Below are positions 10,207 to 24,077 of a stretch of 64,000 bases of DNA, in pieces. The translations under genes were made by a program, and so were the position numbers. Source of the stretch: Eledone cirrhosa (lineage: Eukaryota); contig OZ024740.1 of the NCBI GenBank assembly GCA_964016885.1, positions 11,532,001 to 11,596,000 of the forward strand, given 5' to 3'. The first letter of the stretch is position 1; every line of letters begins with the position of its first letter. The notes under the pieces were generated by a model that was not told where the DNA came from, made no database searches, and worked only from the letters and a program-made list of their open reading frames with translations.

Positions 10207-11048
10207 GTGAGTTACTTGTTACGACATCGATAATTGACCAATATTGTCATCTTTTACACCTGTTTTTCCAGGTTATGGATTGATCAAATGTTATGAAAAC
10301 AATATTCTATGGCTGGGTAACTTTTCTGAAGCTATCCCTTTTACGCTTCTGATTTATGTACATTGAACTGTTGGGCTGTAGGAATGTTAAGTTGAACATG
10401 CCACCACGTGTGTATGTGGTGCCATGTGGACATATATGATATGGTTGCTTTTGCATTAGGAAAGGCATTCAGTTCTAAAAACTATGACAAAAATGGAATG
10501 TATAGAGAGAGAGTTGTGGTCCTTTGACCTGTCTATGAGGACAATAGCTTCAATAAAGTATTCATGATGATGATGATTATAACCACAGGTAATATTAGCT
10601 ACTGGTTATTATCAAAATTAGTGAGTTCTAAACTTTTTATTTAAAATGAATTAAAAATTATCCGCTCAAAGTCTGGGATATTGCTTAGAGAATGTTCAAG
10701 TAAACCACCACATATGCATTGTAGTCACTATGGAAATTAAAAAGAAAATCACAGCTAGCTACGGAGACATTGTAGGTGTATTTGATTCACGCAGTTGAAA
10801 TCCTGTTGATGTTAACTCTGCTTTTTGTCCTTTCAGGGTCAATAAAGGGTGGTGTGTTAGATGAGATGTCTTGTAATGTTCAGGATCAATAAAGTACCAA
10901 TCTAGGGTGGTGTATTAGTAGAATTGTTAATGTGTTAGATGAGATGTCTTGTAATATTTGTTTTGGCTCCTTGAGTTCTCAATTTTTGTGAGGTAGACTT
11001 AATTCATAACTCAGTTTAACACTATCATCTGATCCCTGAGTGCCTTAA

Positions 11049-11283
11049 CCCTTTAGCATTTTATATTTATTTGTATTTTACAATTATATTTACAATTGTA
11101 TTTTCACGTTAAACACTTTATTCCACATAATTATCTCACATAATATCAAATCTATGAGATTTTGATATTATATATTTTGAGAACAATACTTTAGCATAAG
11201 TATGTGCAGCCAGTTATGGCTGGTTTGAACTGAAAGAAGTGAGATAATTCTGTCTGGATATGGCTGGTTTAAATGTTAATGGG
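11049..11283. mobile_element. Degenerate piggyBac MITE
   Basis: Left end TTAA|CCCTTTAGCATT is the same as the element at 34624; decayed right end AAATGTTAATGGG|CTAA. Confidence 0.55.
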
Positions 11284-12409
11284 CTAAACAGTATTTATTC
11301 TATTGTAATCATTTGGGCAAGGTCTCCAGTCTGAGCATGACTTCATCCTATCCTCCCACCAATCTTGGAGGTCCTGAAAAAATAAAAGTATCATGAGCAT
11401 TGGCATTCCCTTTCTAACTGAAGAATCCATACATACTTGAGATACTATCTCTCCTAGTCCATCAGCAGTTGTTGCAACTTTACAATCTTAAGTGGCTAAA
11501 ATGTGATTCATTTATAATGTTGAAAGCACAACCAGTGCATTTTAATTTCAAACAAACTTCTTTGTTTATTTTTAAATGAATGTTTAGTTAATATCAATCA
11601 TAGATAATATTTACTCTTTCTAATCACTATTTCTACTTTACTTATGATTTGTTTACACCTCACTATTTAATATCTGCAGTTTTATGGCTTTTTTCTGTTG
11701 CAATATTCTTAATTGGTTACCTAATCAATTTCATACAAAAAGCAACACAAAATTTTCAAGTAACAGATTGTTTTAGAATGTAGTCCAAATTAAAACTTTT
11801 GCTAGCAAATTATATATACTGTGGAACCTTGGTTCATGAACTTAATTTGTTTCTGAAGGATGTCCATCATCTGAAATGTTTGTAAACTGAAACTATTTTT
11901 CCCATCTGAAATGTTGAGAGAGAGAGAGACTGTGAAAGACTTAGATACTGCAATAGTAACTAACTACACAAATGATGCTTTCTTGACAGATGACAATATA
12001 GTACACATGGATTGTATTCATGTAAATGTTATGTAATATTGATTCATCATTTTCTATGTTAGCATTGGTTGGATGGATTCGCACAGTTGGAGTCAGGTCT
12101 TATTTGGTGTTACTGCCCTCTGAGACAAGTCAGAGGACCACATTTCACCTGCATGTTCTGTTTTTGGTATAGATTTTAATGAGAGACATATACTTTGATA
12201 TTACAACTAGATATATATTTTAAGGCCATTTCCAGAGGTGGTTGTGGAAGGGATTGGCTTCTCCATTTTGCCTTATCCTCTGCACCTCCTCTATTATGTT
12301 CTGTCTTTCATTTCTCCTTCCATCTTTAGTTGTCTTTATTGGTCTTCCCCTTTCTCTACTTCCTTCCCCCATTTATTTTCATCGCTCCTTTCACCCACTC
12401 ACTTTCATC

Positions 12410-12788
12410 CTTCTTCAATGGTGTCAGTAAAATCTTCTCTTTCACTTTCAAAGTGACTATCAGATATATCAGAAATAAATATATTTGATTCGCTTGAAGA
12501 TAAATCACTGATATTATCTTCTGTTTCTTTTTGATCTCGAATGTCGTCGGATGTAAAACCTTCAAATTCGTTGTCGCTACTTTCGGAAGCCATGTTACAC
12601 TTTCAACGTTAAAAACACGTGTTTTCGCAAGTTCTTTAACTATACTAAGAGTTAATTTTCGTGCGCAAGGGCTTTATCTCGCAGTAATCTCGAATTGATG
12701 AGATTTCGATGATGTCAATGTTTATTTTTAGAAGAAGATCTCCGTGTGGTATTAAATGTCGGTTTTTGTCGGTTTGAATGCTAAAGGG
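12410..12788 (-). mobile_element. piggyBac left-end fragment with the transposase N-terminus
   Basis: Inverted near-copy of ~34624-35040: TIR GAATGCTAAAGGG and ORF start MASESSDNEFEGFTSDDIRDQKE, same as 34853. Confidence 0.85.
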
Positions 12789-14354
12789 TTATGGGACTCC
12801 ACTACTAACTTTGGCTGAGCTTGATCATATTCCTTCAATCACAACATGCTGGGCTCTGTTCACCAGGAAACAATCCACTCTAGTAGCTTTCCAGACTCCA
12901 ATGTTGGATAGTTTCAAAAACAAGCTCCACCTCTTCTTACAGATCACAAGTTTATCTTATTTTACCCATTTTGAAAACACAATCATCATTTTACACCCAT
13001 TTTCCATTCTGGAATGAGTTGGATGCGTTTTCATGGTCTGAATCAGTTCTTATTCGGAATTATTGCCATCCTAGAAAGCACTGGGGACCACATCATAAGT
13101 TCCAAATTTTAGCATGGTTTCTTTGTCTAGATGTCCTTCCTAATGCCAACCACTTTACAGAGGAGCATTTTATTATTACACAAGACTAGAGAGGTTGTTA
13201 TGATCTCAACAACACTAAAGAGTTCTCTCTATTTTACATTGCCACCGTCAAACCATTTGATAAAATATTTTGCAATATTCAGAACTTCAAGTGAGGTATG
13301 TTATAGTGGGTTGTCAAGGGACACAAAATTTAAAGATTATTTAAATTTAAAAAATGAAACCTGATCTCAAGGAAGAGTACCTCACAATAGAGATAACAAA
13401 TGGTAGCAATAAGTGGTGATAAGCTGTAGTAGAGAAGATCCACATAGCTTGTGCATGTATGATAAAAGAGACATAAATTAATAGTGATGTAGACATTGAA
13501 TGAATTAGGTGGAATGAACCTTGGTGATAGTAACTAGAGTGAACTGGACAGAGAAGTTCTGGGAACTGAGTGGTATGTTGGGTGAAACTAACAGGAAAAG
13601 TGTCTGTGGCATGTTTAAGAAGTGTTGATTTATTGGGGTTGGTGGGTGGAAATGGTTGGATGGATGAGAGAGAGGAAGACATGCAATGAATTGCAGAGGA
13701 TAATAGTGAAAATAAATGGAATGAGATGGTGGGGGCCATGTACATGTATACATATATATATATATGACGATGTGTATGGGTAATTCCATGCCAAAGTGGG
13801 CAATATTTTTCTGACCCAACACCCACCCACTCAATATGTTGACAAATCTGGCTAAATATTAGGTCCAAATGATTAGTGGTTCTTGAAATTTGAGTAAGAA
13901 TACCCTGTTTGACACACCAGCAGCCATTTTGAATTATCTTGCATTTATATACTTTTAGGTAATTTCATTTCTACTTTGTCCAATCATGAAAATTGGTATC
14001 TGGCATAATTTTCTGGTGAGGAATCCAGAAGAATGTGCTTGGAGCAATGCATCATGTTTTTGCATGGATAAATATATACAGGCATTACAATTTCAAGTTT
14101 ACCAAACCTTGGTATCTAAATTGAGTTTTTTCTTAGTGTAATTGCATTGTAACTTAGTTTTGCTAATTTCATACAAAAAATTATCTTGGCTTCTCACTCC
14201 CTTCAAGCATTTTATATTGCTTTCCCATGAACTTTGTATATTGTGCATCAGGTTTGCATAGATGTAAATGAAACTTGAAGAGATGTTAGATGAATTTTTA
14301 TTATTATTGGAGTTCAGGTTTATTTTTCTAATAGTTGCATTTTATGTTCAGAAT

Positions 14355-14945
14355 TATTGATAAATATAAATTTCTTTATTAGCCACAAGGGCACAAAAGA
14401 AGGGGAAAAATACAAATGGGGAGTTTACATACAGGTATATGAAAATAAAACTATTAAAAATAACAAATAACAATTGAAATCCCCAATAGGGGGCAGGCGT
14501 TACACAGGGGTTGTACACACCCTGAAAATGTACAACCCTCATCTCCAGGAGCACCAAGAGTGAGTACTCCTTTCCTCTCTTCCTCTTTTTCCTCAACCTA
14601 CAGGCTTATATAGAGAGAAGGCCCAACCACTCGGACCATTTTTGCCACATTCTCCCACCTTTTATAAAATCTGCTGGGGTACATCACCTCTCTCTCCATC
14701 CTGATTCTTCTTCCAAAATGATATTTGAAAAAACGAATCAGTTGTTCGCTGGAGAGAAAAGTGTCTGACCTCAGCCCTTTTAACCTCTTTCACCATAGCC
14801 ATAACACATAGGAAAACTGCTTCTCCCTCGTTTTTGAAGGAGGGTGGCGGTTTGATCATGACAATGGACTCGGTGGTCAACTGGATTGGTCCCACCCGCG
14901 ACAATAGTCGTTCTACATAAGCCCACAGGTCGGTAACACCCGGGC
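14355..14945 (-). mobile_element. Probable L1/Tx1-like LINE 3' fragment
   Basis: GC-richer degenerate coding-like block ending on the minus strand in AATAAA and an A-rich end. No catalytic motif visible, so the clade is uncertain. Confidence 0.35.
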
Positions 14946-15214
14946 AGTGTACAAATTATATGTAGAATTATTGATAAATATAGATAGATTATTGCATCCT
15001 CTATTGTGGCTCCCTTCCATGGATTTCCTGGCATCTCTTCACCCATCAGTCATTGTCCATGCACATGTCCATACGATTGTAGTCTTCTCTCTTGCACACC
15101 ATCTCACATCTAAAGCACAAACTCTTCCAGGTACCTGAAGTTTTCACCAATTTATTCCACTGTCAACTGCATACATTACTACTTAGAGTTTCCGAGGATA
15201 CATTGTAAGGATAC

Positions 15215-15465
15215 AGTCCATGCTGTAAAGTGGTCATGTAGGTGTCACAATAAAAAGCACCCAGTCCACACTGTAAAGTGGTTGTCTAGGTGACATGGCA
15301 AAAATGTGGTTGGCGTTAGGAAGGGCATCCAGCTGTAGAAACCAAGTCAAAATCAGTTCTGTGTGAGCAAATTCACGGTCCCCCTGACCTTATCCCTCAC
15401 AAAGGGACAGCTCATCCTATTCATGCTAGCGTGGAAGATGGACGTTAAACAATAATGTTGATGAT
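15215..15465 (+). mobile_element. RTE 3' UTR remnant
   Basis: CCAC.CTGTAAAGTGG repeats, GGTTGGCGTTAGGAAGGGCATCCAGCTGTAGAAA, terminal CATGCTAGCGTGGAAGATGGACGTTAAA and decayed tail. Confidence 0.75.
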
Positions 15466-16117
15466 ACATGTTATGGTCAACAGTTGGTAGTCAGTTATGT
15501 ACCCAAAATAAAATTACAGGATGTTTGTTGTGTGCCTTTACTATGTACAAAAAGGGATTAAAATGGTGCCTGAAGTTGATAATGATCACAAGAGATTTAT
15601 TAATTAAATTCATGTACTCTTCATACTCAAGTAGTTGTTTTTCATGGTCAAGATTTGTGTTGGGTACCAAATCTCAGTTTTACCATAAAAGCACCATCTT
15701 TCTTCAGCATCGGCATGGCAATATTTTCTGGTTCAAATCATATTGACGGTTTTAGCCAATAATCAAACTGTAGACACAAATGTTCTTATGTTTAATATTA
15801 TTTTCTGCACCACTGTGAAGAGATATGTCTTTATGTTTTGTCTTTCCTGTATAAGCTTGTATATAAATTTACTTAACTGTAATGTTGGTGTCATTGTTAC
15901 TCCAGGGCGGTCGGACATTCTGAGTTCAAATCCCGCGTCGGACCTTGTGCCTAATTTAGAAACAATTGTTACTCCATTTGCACTATTAGTATTGAACACA
16001 AGGTAATTTTACCTTGGAGCAATAATAATTTACCTTGTTTTAAACTGGATTAAGTAGACAATTTAAACATAAAACTTTACTGTAATTTTGAAGTAATTGG
16101 ATATTTTGATGGTGAAG

Positions 16118-16760
16118 ATCATCATCATCATTGTTTAATGTCTATCTTCCACGCTAGCATGGGTTAGACGAGAATTGTCCCACTTGAGGCAAGATTGGTC
16201 GGGTGGCCGTGTCTTGCTCGTATAGGACTGTATCTGGCAGGTTTTCTACGGCTGGATGCCCTCCTTAACACCAACCACATTTAGTGTGGACTGGGAGATT
16301 TTTACCGTGTTACCTAATATGTTCGTGTATATTACTATTGCATGCATACTTTGTTCCTTTCCAGTCTGCGCAGGTCCTCTGCACGCAATATCCAGGTCTC
16401 ACTACCATGTAACATTACTGTTCGTATACAAGTATCATACAATCTGCCTTTCATTTTTAGAGAGAAACCTTTTGTGGCCAACAGCAGTATTAGCTCTCTG
16501 AACCTTTTCTATCCTGTTCTAACTCTAGCTACTGTACTTTCAGAGCACCATTCACTACTGCTGATTTTGTCACCCAGGTAACGGAAAGTGTCCACTATTT
16601 CTATAGAACCATCTGGGCAGTAGAAGGAGCTAGTATCCTGTGGGTACTTGCTACTTATTGCACCTGAGCATCGGCCACATATAAAATCTATGTTCTTAGA
16701 TAGCTTGTCTGTGACCCCACTGCATCTTTTATGTACCCATAGTTTGCATTTGGGACAGAA
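16118..16760 (-). mobile_element. Internally deleted RTE fragment (PHD/C-terminal region plus 3' UTR)
   Basis: ATCATC tail, hairpin and AGGAAGGGCATCC-type UTR, then sequence antisense to ...[14 protein letters not shown]...RVRTG with deletions. Confidence 0.8.
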
Positions 16761-16918
16761 TGGAATATATCAAATAGGATTTAATAATTTTCTTTTTCCT
16801 TACAATCACTATCTAATGGACTGGAGTGACCAGCGTGTGGGCTCCCATTTACATATATAATAGTGAGAGATGGAGGAGAGTGAGAGACGGGAGCAGTGAA
16901 TGAAAGAAAGATAACATC

Positions 16919-16952
<34 letters not shown>

Positions 16953-18178
16953 ATAAGACAATGTAAGTTGAGAAGAAAGTAACCAGCTGAATTGCATTCA
17001 TATAAACATATCTCTACACCTAATATATAATGAAGCTTAAGAGAACTCAAAACAGTTTGGGCATGGATTAAAGTACAACTAAATATGTTTTATTTGGGCC
17101 CTGATTAATTTCTGTTATAGTCACACTCTACTATCCTAAGTATTGAGTATTCTGTTGAATAATGGTCTAACTAGTTTCATACTAGTTTAATCCTGACACA
17201 CACATATACATACACTTTCAAACACACATATATATTTATATATACTAATGATCACCCAGCCTTTGCCTTCGTCTGTACTATGCTCAAATCTACTCCTATG
17301 CTCCTAAGGCACTTGTTAGCGTCTAGCGTATTGTCCATTTTCCTTAAAATAAAAGATGTTAAAAGGTACTTAAGTATTGTATAACATACTAGAATATCTA
17401 AATACAGAAAGTAATAAAGAAAATAATAGAAAAATGTATTCTACAAAAATTATAAAACATGTTTTCCTTAGGACACACACACACAATTTTTTTCACACGC
17501 GTTGACAGACTTGCACTTAACCTCCTCTCCGTTTTTCAGGTGACAACACTCTATCTCTCTCTCTCAATAACAACAACCTGTCATTATAGTGAAAGTTTAT
17601 TTTTGAAGTCTGTGTTGTCTATTTGAAGGACATACAGAAACATACACACACACTGACAAAAAAAAACTCCATTATTTTCTATTTTCATTTGTTCAACTAT
17701 TACATTTTAGTTAAGAGAGAGGTGGAGTAGTATTTCCCTCCATCTATATAGAGAACTATATATGAAAAGTTTGTGTAGTCTTCCTACTCTGGAACAATCT
17801 ACAATACAATTGACCATGTGAGAAACAGCAGCCCTCTTCTAGATGGATGTCCAAGGTCTCCAATGCGTGTCTGTGCGCCATTGTACATTCATGTCCCAAA
17901 ATTGCCAAACATCTTGCAATACTTGGGCAGCTCCTGAGTCCTTCTTCATATGACACATGGACATTTCATTTAAACTGTGGCCCATGTCCAATTTGAAAGC
18001 AGAATGATTTGTCCGACATTCAAGTAAAATTTAGCAGCAATTCCAGATGAAGCAACTGCAAAAGCTATCTGTTATATATGTGTGTGTATGTATATGTATA
18101 TATATATGTATATAAATGTATATATATATATGTATATATATGTATATATGTGTATGTATGTGTGTCTATATGTATGTA

Positions 18179-18211
<33 letters not shown>

Positions 18212-19130
18212 GTGTATATGTGTATGTATATGTATATATGGGGGTATAGATGTGTATGTGTGGATATAGATATGTATGGATATGTATATATATGATTATA
18301 TGCATGCGTGTGGATGTGTATTTAGGTTTGCATCTATTTGCACGTATGTATATTTTGGTTAGATATCAATATAACTGTACCTCTCTCTATATGTGGTGTG
18401 AATATATGCACTTTGTAGACTATGAAATTTATGTGTTTTAACTATGCCAACATGTACTTATCTGAGTTTGATTGTTTATGCATAAACATACTTAGTCATA
18501 TTTTAGGGCATATAATATGTTATATTATACTGAGTGCAATTTACCACACCGTACTATATTCTGTTGGTTAAGTTGTATATTATCGCATTACTATATCACA
18601 TTATCTTATTATAATTTTCATCTTTTAATATACTATCGTTCCTAGATATAACATTAATTTATATTCACCTTAAAACTCAATAAAACACTAATCACCATTT
18701 ATTTTGACATTCCTTTTAATTCACTATACAAGATACATTCAACTATCAGTTTGACAACCCCTTTCCTTCCTAATAGATTTTTATGCCATTTCTACTAACA
18801 CCTTTCAACCATTCCTTTCAAAGGGTCATGACCTCAACTAAAGTGTATTACTTTTCCTCTAAACACCATATGAAAAAAACAATTTGATTCATTATTTCTT
18901 CAACTACCTCCAAATATGGACATGATACTAATTCTGAGTAAAATTATTATTGTTTTTGAAAACAGCTGGTGATATGCATGTAAGTAAATATTCTCTCTAT
19001 CTGATAGTTTGTAAACTTACATAGATCAATAACCGAGTATAGATACAATGTATTATCACCATCTAGAAACAATCGTAAAGCAGTGAAGTATATCTCTAAT
19101 GACTTGATTTTTTATTTCATTGTTTTAACT

Positions 19131-19170
<40 letters not shown>

Positions 19171-19174
<4 letters not shown>

Positions 19175-22149
19175 CCATATCAAATCACCCTGTTTCAGAA
19201 ACATTTCCCAAGTCACCCTCTCAGATCCCCCTGAAAAAATTCATACTAGCTTCTGTACCTATATAATGGAAAAATATCAAGTATTAAGGTCAATATCTTT
19301 GATAGTTTTGAAATTGTAGGCCTTTATAATATTAATTAATTATACATTTTTTTCTGAACGAGCCTCTCAGACCAACTTGAGACAGCCATTTCTCCTCTAA
19401 TAAGGTAAGCATAACTTTGAAATCATGTGTTTGGGGCTAACTTTTTCTGTAGAGTTCAAATATCTTATCAAATCAAGTGTATTTTGTATATTTTTCCATC
19501 TACAGGCCTCAGAAAATTGCCAAGAATTAAACGTACAGCAAATGTAAGGTATTTTTATTTCAATAATAACACTAGATAAAGCGACCATAATTGTTTTCCT
19601 GTTACTTAGCATATAGTAGACCATTTCTGAGCAGTAACCATGTTAGTTACTATTATGAGTGTCAGAATAAGTTTTTGAAATATGTGCGATTTAAAAAAAT
19701 ACCCATTTGAAATCCTGTTGACCATGTGAACAGTTCACTATCATTTTCAAATTTTTAACCATGCATTCTTATACTTCTGAAGATGATGTAACAGAAATTT
19801 GCTTTTGTTGCTGAGCTTCTTTTCAGAGCTGTGAATTTTTAGAAATTCGGTTGCCAGCGCTTTGTACAGGATCAACTTATTCATAAAACATGGATATAAA
19901 ACAGCATGTTGCATGCCTGTGAAGTGTCCTGGGAAAAAGGCATTACAAGCGTACTTCAATAGTCAGTCTGAAAAGAAGCTCAGAAACAAACCCAAATTTC
20001 TGTCACATCATCTTCAGAAGTATAAGAATGCATAGTAAAAATTTGAAAATGATAGTGAACTGCCCATATTGTCTATATGCTTCGGCTTGTACCCGTGGGA
20101 AGTTGGGTCTTCTGTATTACTGTGTGATGCCAGAGGTCACGGGCGTGTCATCACCTTTGAGAGGTGCAATTGGGTAAGGTCGGCTTTTATCACCTCATCC
20201 CAGGTCTTCCTGGGTCTCCCCACCCCGCGGCTTCCATCGACTTCTAGTGCTCTGCACCTTTTTATGCAGCTGTCATCCTTCATACACATCACATATCCAT
20301 ACCAATGCAGCCTCCTCTCCTGCACACAACATTTGATTCCTCTTATGTTCAGTCTCTCTCTCATTTCGTTTATGCTTTGCCGTTCGCGTATATTACTATT
20401 ACACATCCATCGGAGCATGCAGGCTTCGTTTCTTTCTAACCTGCGCAAGTCTTCTACACACAACGCCCAGGTCTCACTACCATGTAGCATTGCTGTTTGT
20501 ATACACGCATCATACAGTCTGCCTTTCATTTTGAGGGAAAAGCCTTTTGCAGCTAGCAGTGGCAGTAGCTTGCTGAACTTCTTCACCCCGTTCTTACCCT
20601 GGTTACTGTATTTTCCGAACACCCACTTCCACTGTTAATTCGGTCACCTAGGTAGCAAAAGCTGTCTACTGTTTCTATAGAGCCCTCCCAGAGTTTGGTG
20701 GTGCTTGTCTCCTGTGGACCTTTGCTGCTTGCTGTCCCGGTGCAGCTACTACATGTAAAGCCTACATTGTTAGCTAAGCTTCTTGAGATCCCACTAGCCT
20801 GCAATACTATAATGAACAGGAGAGGGCTAAGAACAGAGCCCTGGGAGACACCGACCTGTATGCTAAATTCCTCGCTATAGTCATTGTTAAACCTGATTTG
20901 CTGACTGCTCCTCTATACATGGCTGGTACTGCTTTCACAAGCCATTCATCTACTCCTAGTTTTCTATGAGCCCACCAGATTATAGCACGGGATACACTGT
21001 TGAAGGCTTTTTCCAGATCAAGAAATGCCAGGTAGAGCAGCTTACTTTGGCACAAACCCAAATTACATCTCATCTAGTTATACCTGGTCCCTAATCAACT
21101 GTGCTATAACTCTTTCCGTTACTTTCATGACCTGGTCCATCAGCTTTATACCTCTATAGTTTCCTCTATCTAGTGCATCACCTTTACCTTTGTAGCAGTT
21201 ATGGTGTGACCCACCGACCCAGATGCTTTCAGCATCTCGGCAGCTATACCCGATGGACCGGTTGCCTTCCCAGTCTTCATATCTTTAATTGCCTTACTTA
21301 TTACGCTGCTGCTGGCCCCTCTACAGGGTCCACTTGGGGGTAGAGTCTTTTTCTCCCATGCATTCTCCTCATTTAGTAATCTTTCATAATGGCTCTTCCA
21401 CGCATCTTTCTTCTCAGCACTTGTGAGGGCAAGCTCACCTTTATCATTCCAGACACACTTCTCTCCAATGACATCACAATTTTCTCTAACACACTGCCTC
21501 GCAATCCTGAACACCTGTTTCTGGTCATCATACTGCAAAACATGCTTGGATTTTCCATCCTCTGCTTCCCTTCTAGCTAAGTATACATGTTGTCTAGCTT
21601 CCCTCCTGGTCTCTATGTAATGTACTCTGCTTCCCGCCTTCTTCCATGCTGTCTCTTAGCCTTAATTGCCTCATCTACCTTATTGTTCTAATATATGATA
21701 AGTAACAGGAAAACAATTATGGTTGTTTTATCTAGTGTACCTATTGAGATAGAAATACCTAAAAGTGGCATACATTTCCTGAACGTTTAATTCTTGGCAA
21801 TTTTCAGAGGCCTGTAGATGGACAGATATACAAAATACACTTGATTTGGTAAGATATTTGAACTCTACAGAAAAAGTTAGCCCCAAACACATGATTTCAA
21901 AGTTGTGCTTACCTTATTAGAGGAGAAATGGCTGTCTCAAGTTGGTCGAGATGCTCGTTTGGAAAAAAATGTATAATTTATTAATATTTTAAAGGCCTAC
22001 AATTTCAAAACTTTCAAATACTTATACCTAATACTACCTAATACTTGATATTTTTCCACCATATAGGTACAGGAGCTAGTATGAATTTTTTCAGGGGGAT
22101 CTGAGAGGGTGACCTGTGACCCTCTGGGTGATTTGAGATGGAATGACCC
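19171..22149. mobile_element. Foldback-like element with long inverted arms, interrupted by an RTE copy
   Basis: ~19171-19610 is the reverse complement of ~21700-22146, and ~19732-19829 of ~19968-20061. Right end ...GGAATGACCC. No ORF; superfamily not assigned. Confidence 0.8.
20066..21690 (-). mobile_element. Degenerate RTE family B fragment
   Basis: Broken ORFs 20137-20622, 20583-20804, 20807-21073, 21170-21538 match the family B copy at 54233-56581, with several deletions. Confidence 0.88.
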
Positions 22150-22440
22150 TAGAAAGTTCCTAGGCAGGCAGTTCTTGGAGTAATAATAGTAAAAGAATGA
22201 AGAATAACATGGTCAGCTGTACAATAGGGTTTATTCAAAGTATTAACAATTGTTTCTTTAGTCTGGTGTGTCTAAATGCTGCTGATCGTTAGAAGTTAAT
22301 GTCACTTGATTTTAATTACAGTCTATGCCTGATCAAATCGGTCAGAATATTGGTGCGTATGTAACACAGGGCACTGGTATTTATAGATACATCGAAGAAT
22401 AACATCAATGAAAACAATAACAATAATAATAATACGGTTC

Positions 22441-22788
22441 ATCATCATCATCATCATCATCATCATTTTACGTCCGCTTTTCCCTGCTTGCAAGGGTGGG
22501 ACGAGAACTGATTCTAGCTTGATTTCTACAGCTGGATGCCCTTCCTAACACCAACCTTATTTACAGTGAGTGCTGGGTGCTTTTTTGCCATGGCACCTCC
22601 ACGACCACTTTGCAGTAGAATGATAGGGACCCCAGTCCCTATCATTTCATTTCTACAGCTGAGTAAACTGGAGCAATGTGAAATAAAGTGTCTTGCTCAA
22701 GGAAACAACACATCACCCGGTCTGAGAATTGAAATCACAACCTTTCGATTGCAAGGCCAATGCTCTAACCACTAAGCCATGTGCCTCC
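22441..22788 (-). mobile_element. Full-length tRNA-derived CORE-type SINE
   Basis: Same head/CORE/tail layout as 5957-6291, with (ATC)n at 22441. Confidence 0.88.
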
Positions 22789-23285
22789 ATACTGATAATA
22801 ATAGTATTTGGTGGTAGTAGTTGTAATGGTGAGTAGGTAGATGTGTAAAATAGTAATAACCGTAACAATAATAATAATATGAAAGAGATTTAGGGAAGAA
22901 TAGATACGATAGTCGAAAGACTGGTGTATTGGCACAAGTTTCTTCAGTAGCCTGCAGTAAGTTGTCACGCAAGAAATTCCAGTTATCATCTATGTCATAC
23001 TACTCCAAATCGTCTTTTTTTTTTGTCGTACGCATCTTGAAGGGCTTTCCTAAATTTATATTTTAATGAAAGGTCTTTTAGTTTCCAGACCTTTCTTTTT
23101 CACACCTTCCTGTATGTCTCATTCTTTCTCTTGCTTACTGAGATGTCACTAACGACTAACCTATGCTGTGGGATACATTCTTCCCCAGAGTAAGCCTTAG
23201 TATTTGACACCATCTATCTCTCTCGCTGTCTAACTAGCAGGAAGTTAATCTGGCTTATGTGCTCGCCTGATTTGTAGGTTATATA

Positions 23286-23840
23286 TCTGTATATATATAT
23301 AAAAATCTAGTTTTCTGTATGTGTGTGTGGACAATTTTTAATGAGGGCTCATATATTCTAAACCATTCATGCGATTTCTTTGAAATTTTTTACAGAGCTT
23401 CTCCTTGCACAAAACCTCTACATGATCTACAAAGGCTTTCAAAAATCGATATTGGGCCCTTTGGGGATATTAAAAAATTTTCGGTTATTTGTGTCAATTT
23501 TCGTGATTAAGTAAGACAAGAGTTATCTTTCGTCAATATTTTGTGTTTAAGTAAGACAAGAGTTATCTTTCGTCAATACAATAGGAACTCATTTTTGATG
23601 TCAAAAATTTTGTTTGGGGATTTTGATTATTACAATTCGGCTCATTCGGATTTTACTTTACTCTTTGTACTTGAAACAAAAGGTTTTACTGTTGTCAAAA
23701 AAATTTATACCTAGACTGGATTTCTGTTGTTACATGGGATAACGGATGACTCTGAGCTCACATATTAATTTACTTTGTTTAGTTTAATGAGCTACATCGA
23801 AAGCTACTTGAACCGTCCAAAGGACGGGTACTTTAGCTAG
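23286..23840 (+). mobile_element. Non-autonomous Helitron-like element
   Basis: A|TC 5' end (ATCTGTATATATATATAAAA), subterminal hairpin CCGTCC-AAA-GGACGG, 3' end CTAG|T at 23837-23841. Internal ~31-bp duplication at ~23508 and ~23548. Confidence 0.7.
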
Positions 23841-24077
23841 TATATATATATATAAATATATATATATATAACCTTGACCAACCAGTCTGTCGGACGCCAT
23901 TCGACGCCGCTGGTCACAGCACGTGCTGTTTTAGCCATATATGACGCCATCCCACTGGCTAGGCGGGCAGGCCGTAAGTCTAAAGTCTGTCTTAAGCCAG
24001 AAGGCTCATTTGGCCGGTGCTTTTCCCTGTTTCATGGCATGACACATATATATATATAAATATATATATATAAATAT

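Noticed and set aside
10207-10283. ORF-track extension of the first Syncrip exon (and 62608-62805 for the second)
   Set aside because: Similarity to hnRNP Q/R stops at strong GT donors; the extensions are intron read-through.
11818-11910. Possible Tigger/pogo-like terminus
   Set aside because: Only one decayed end; no matching TIR or ORF found.
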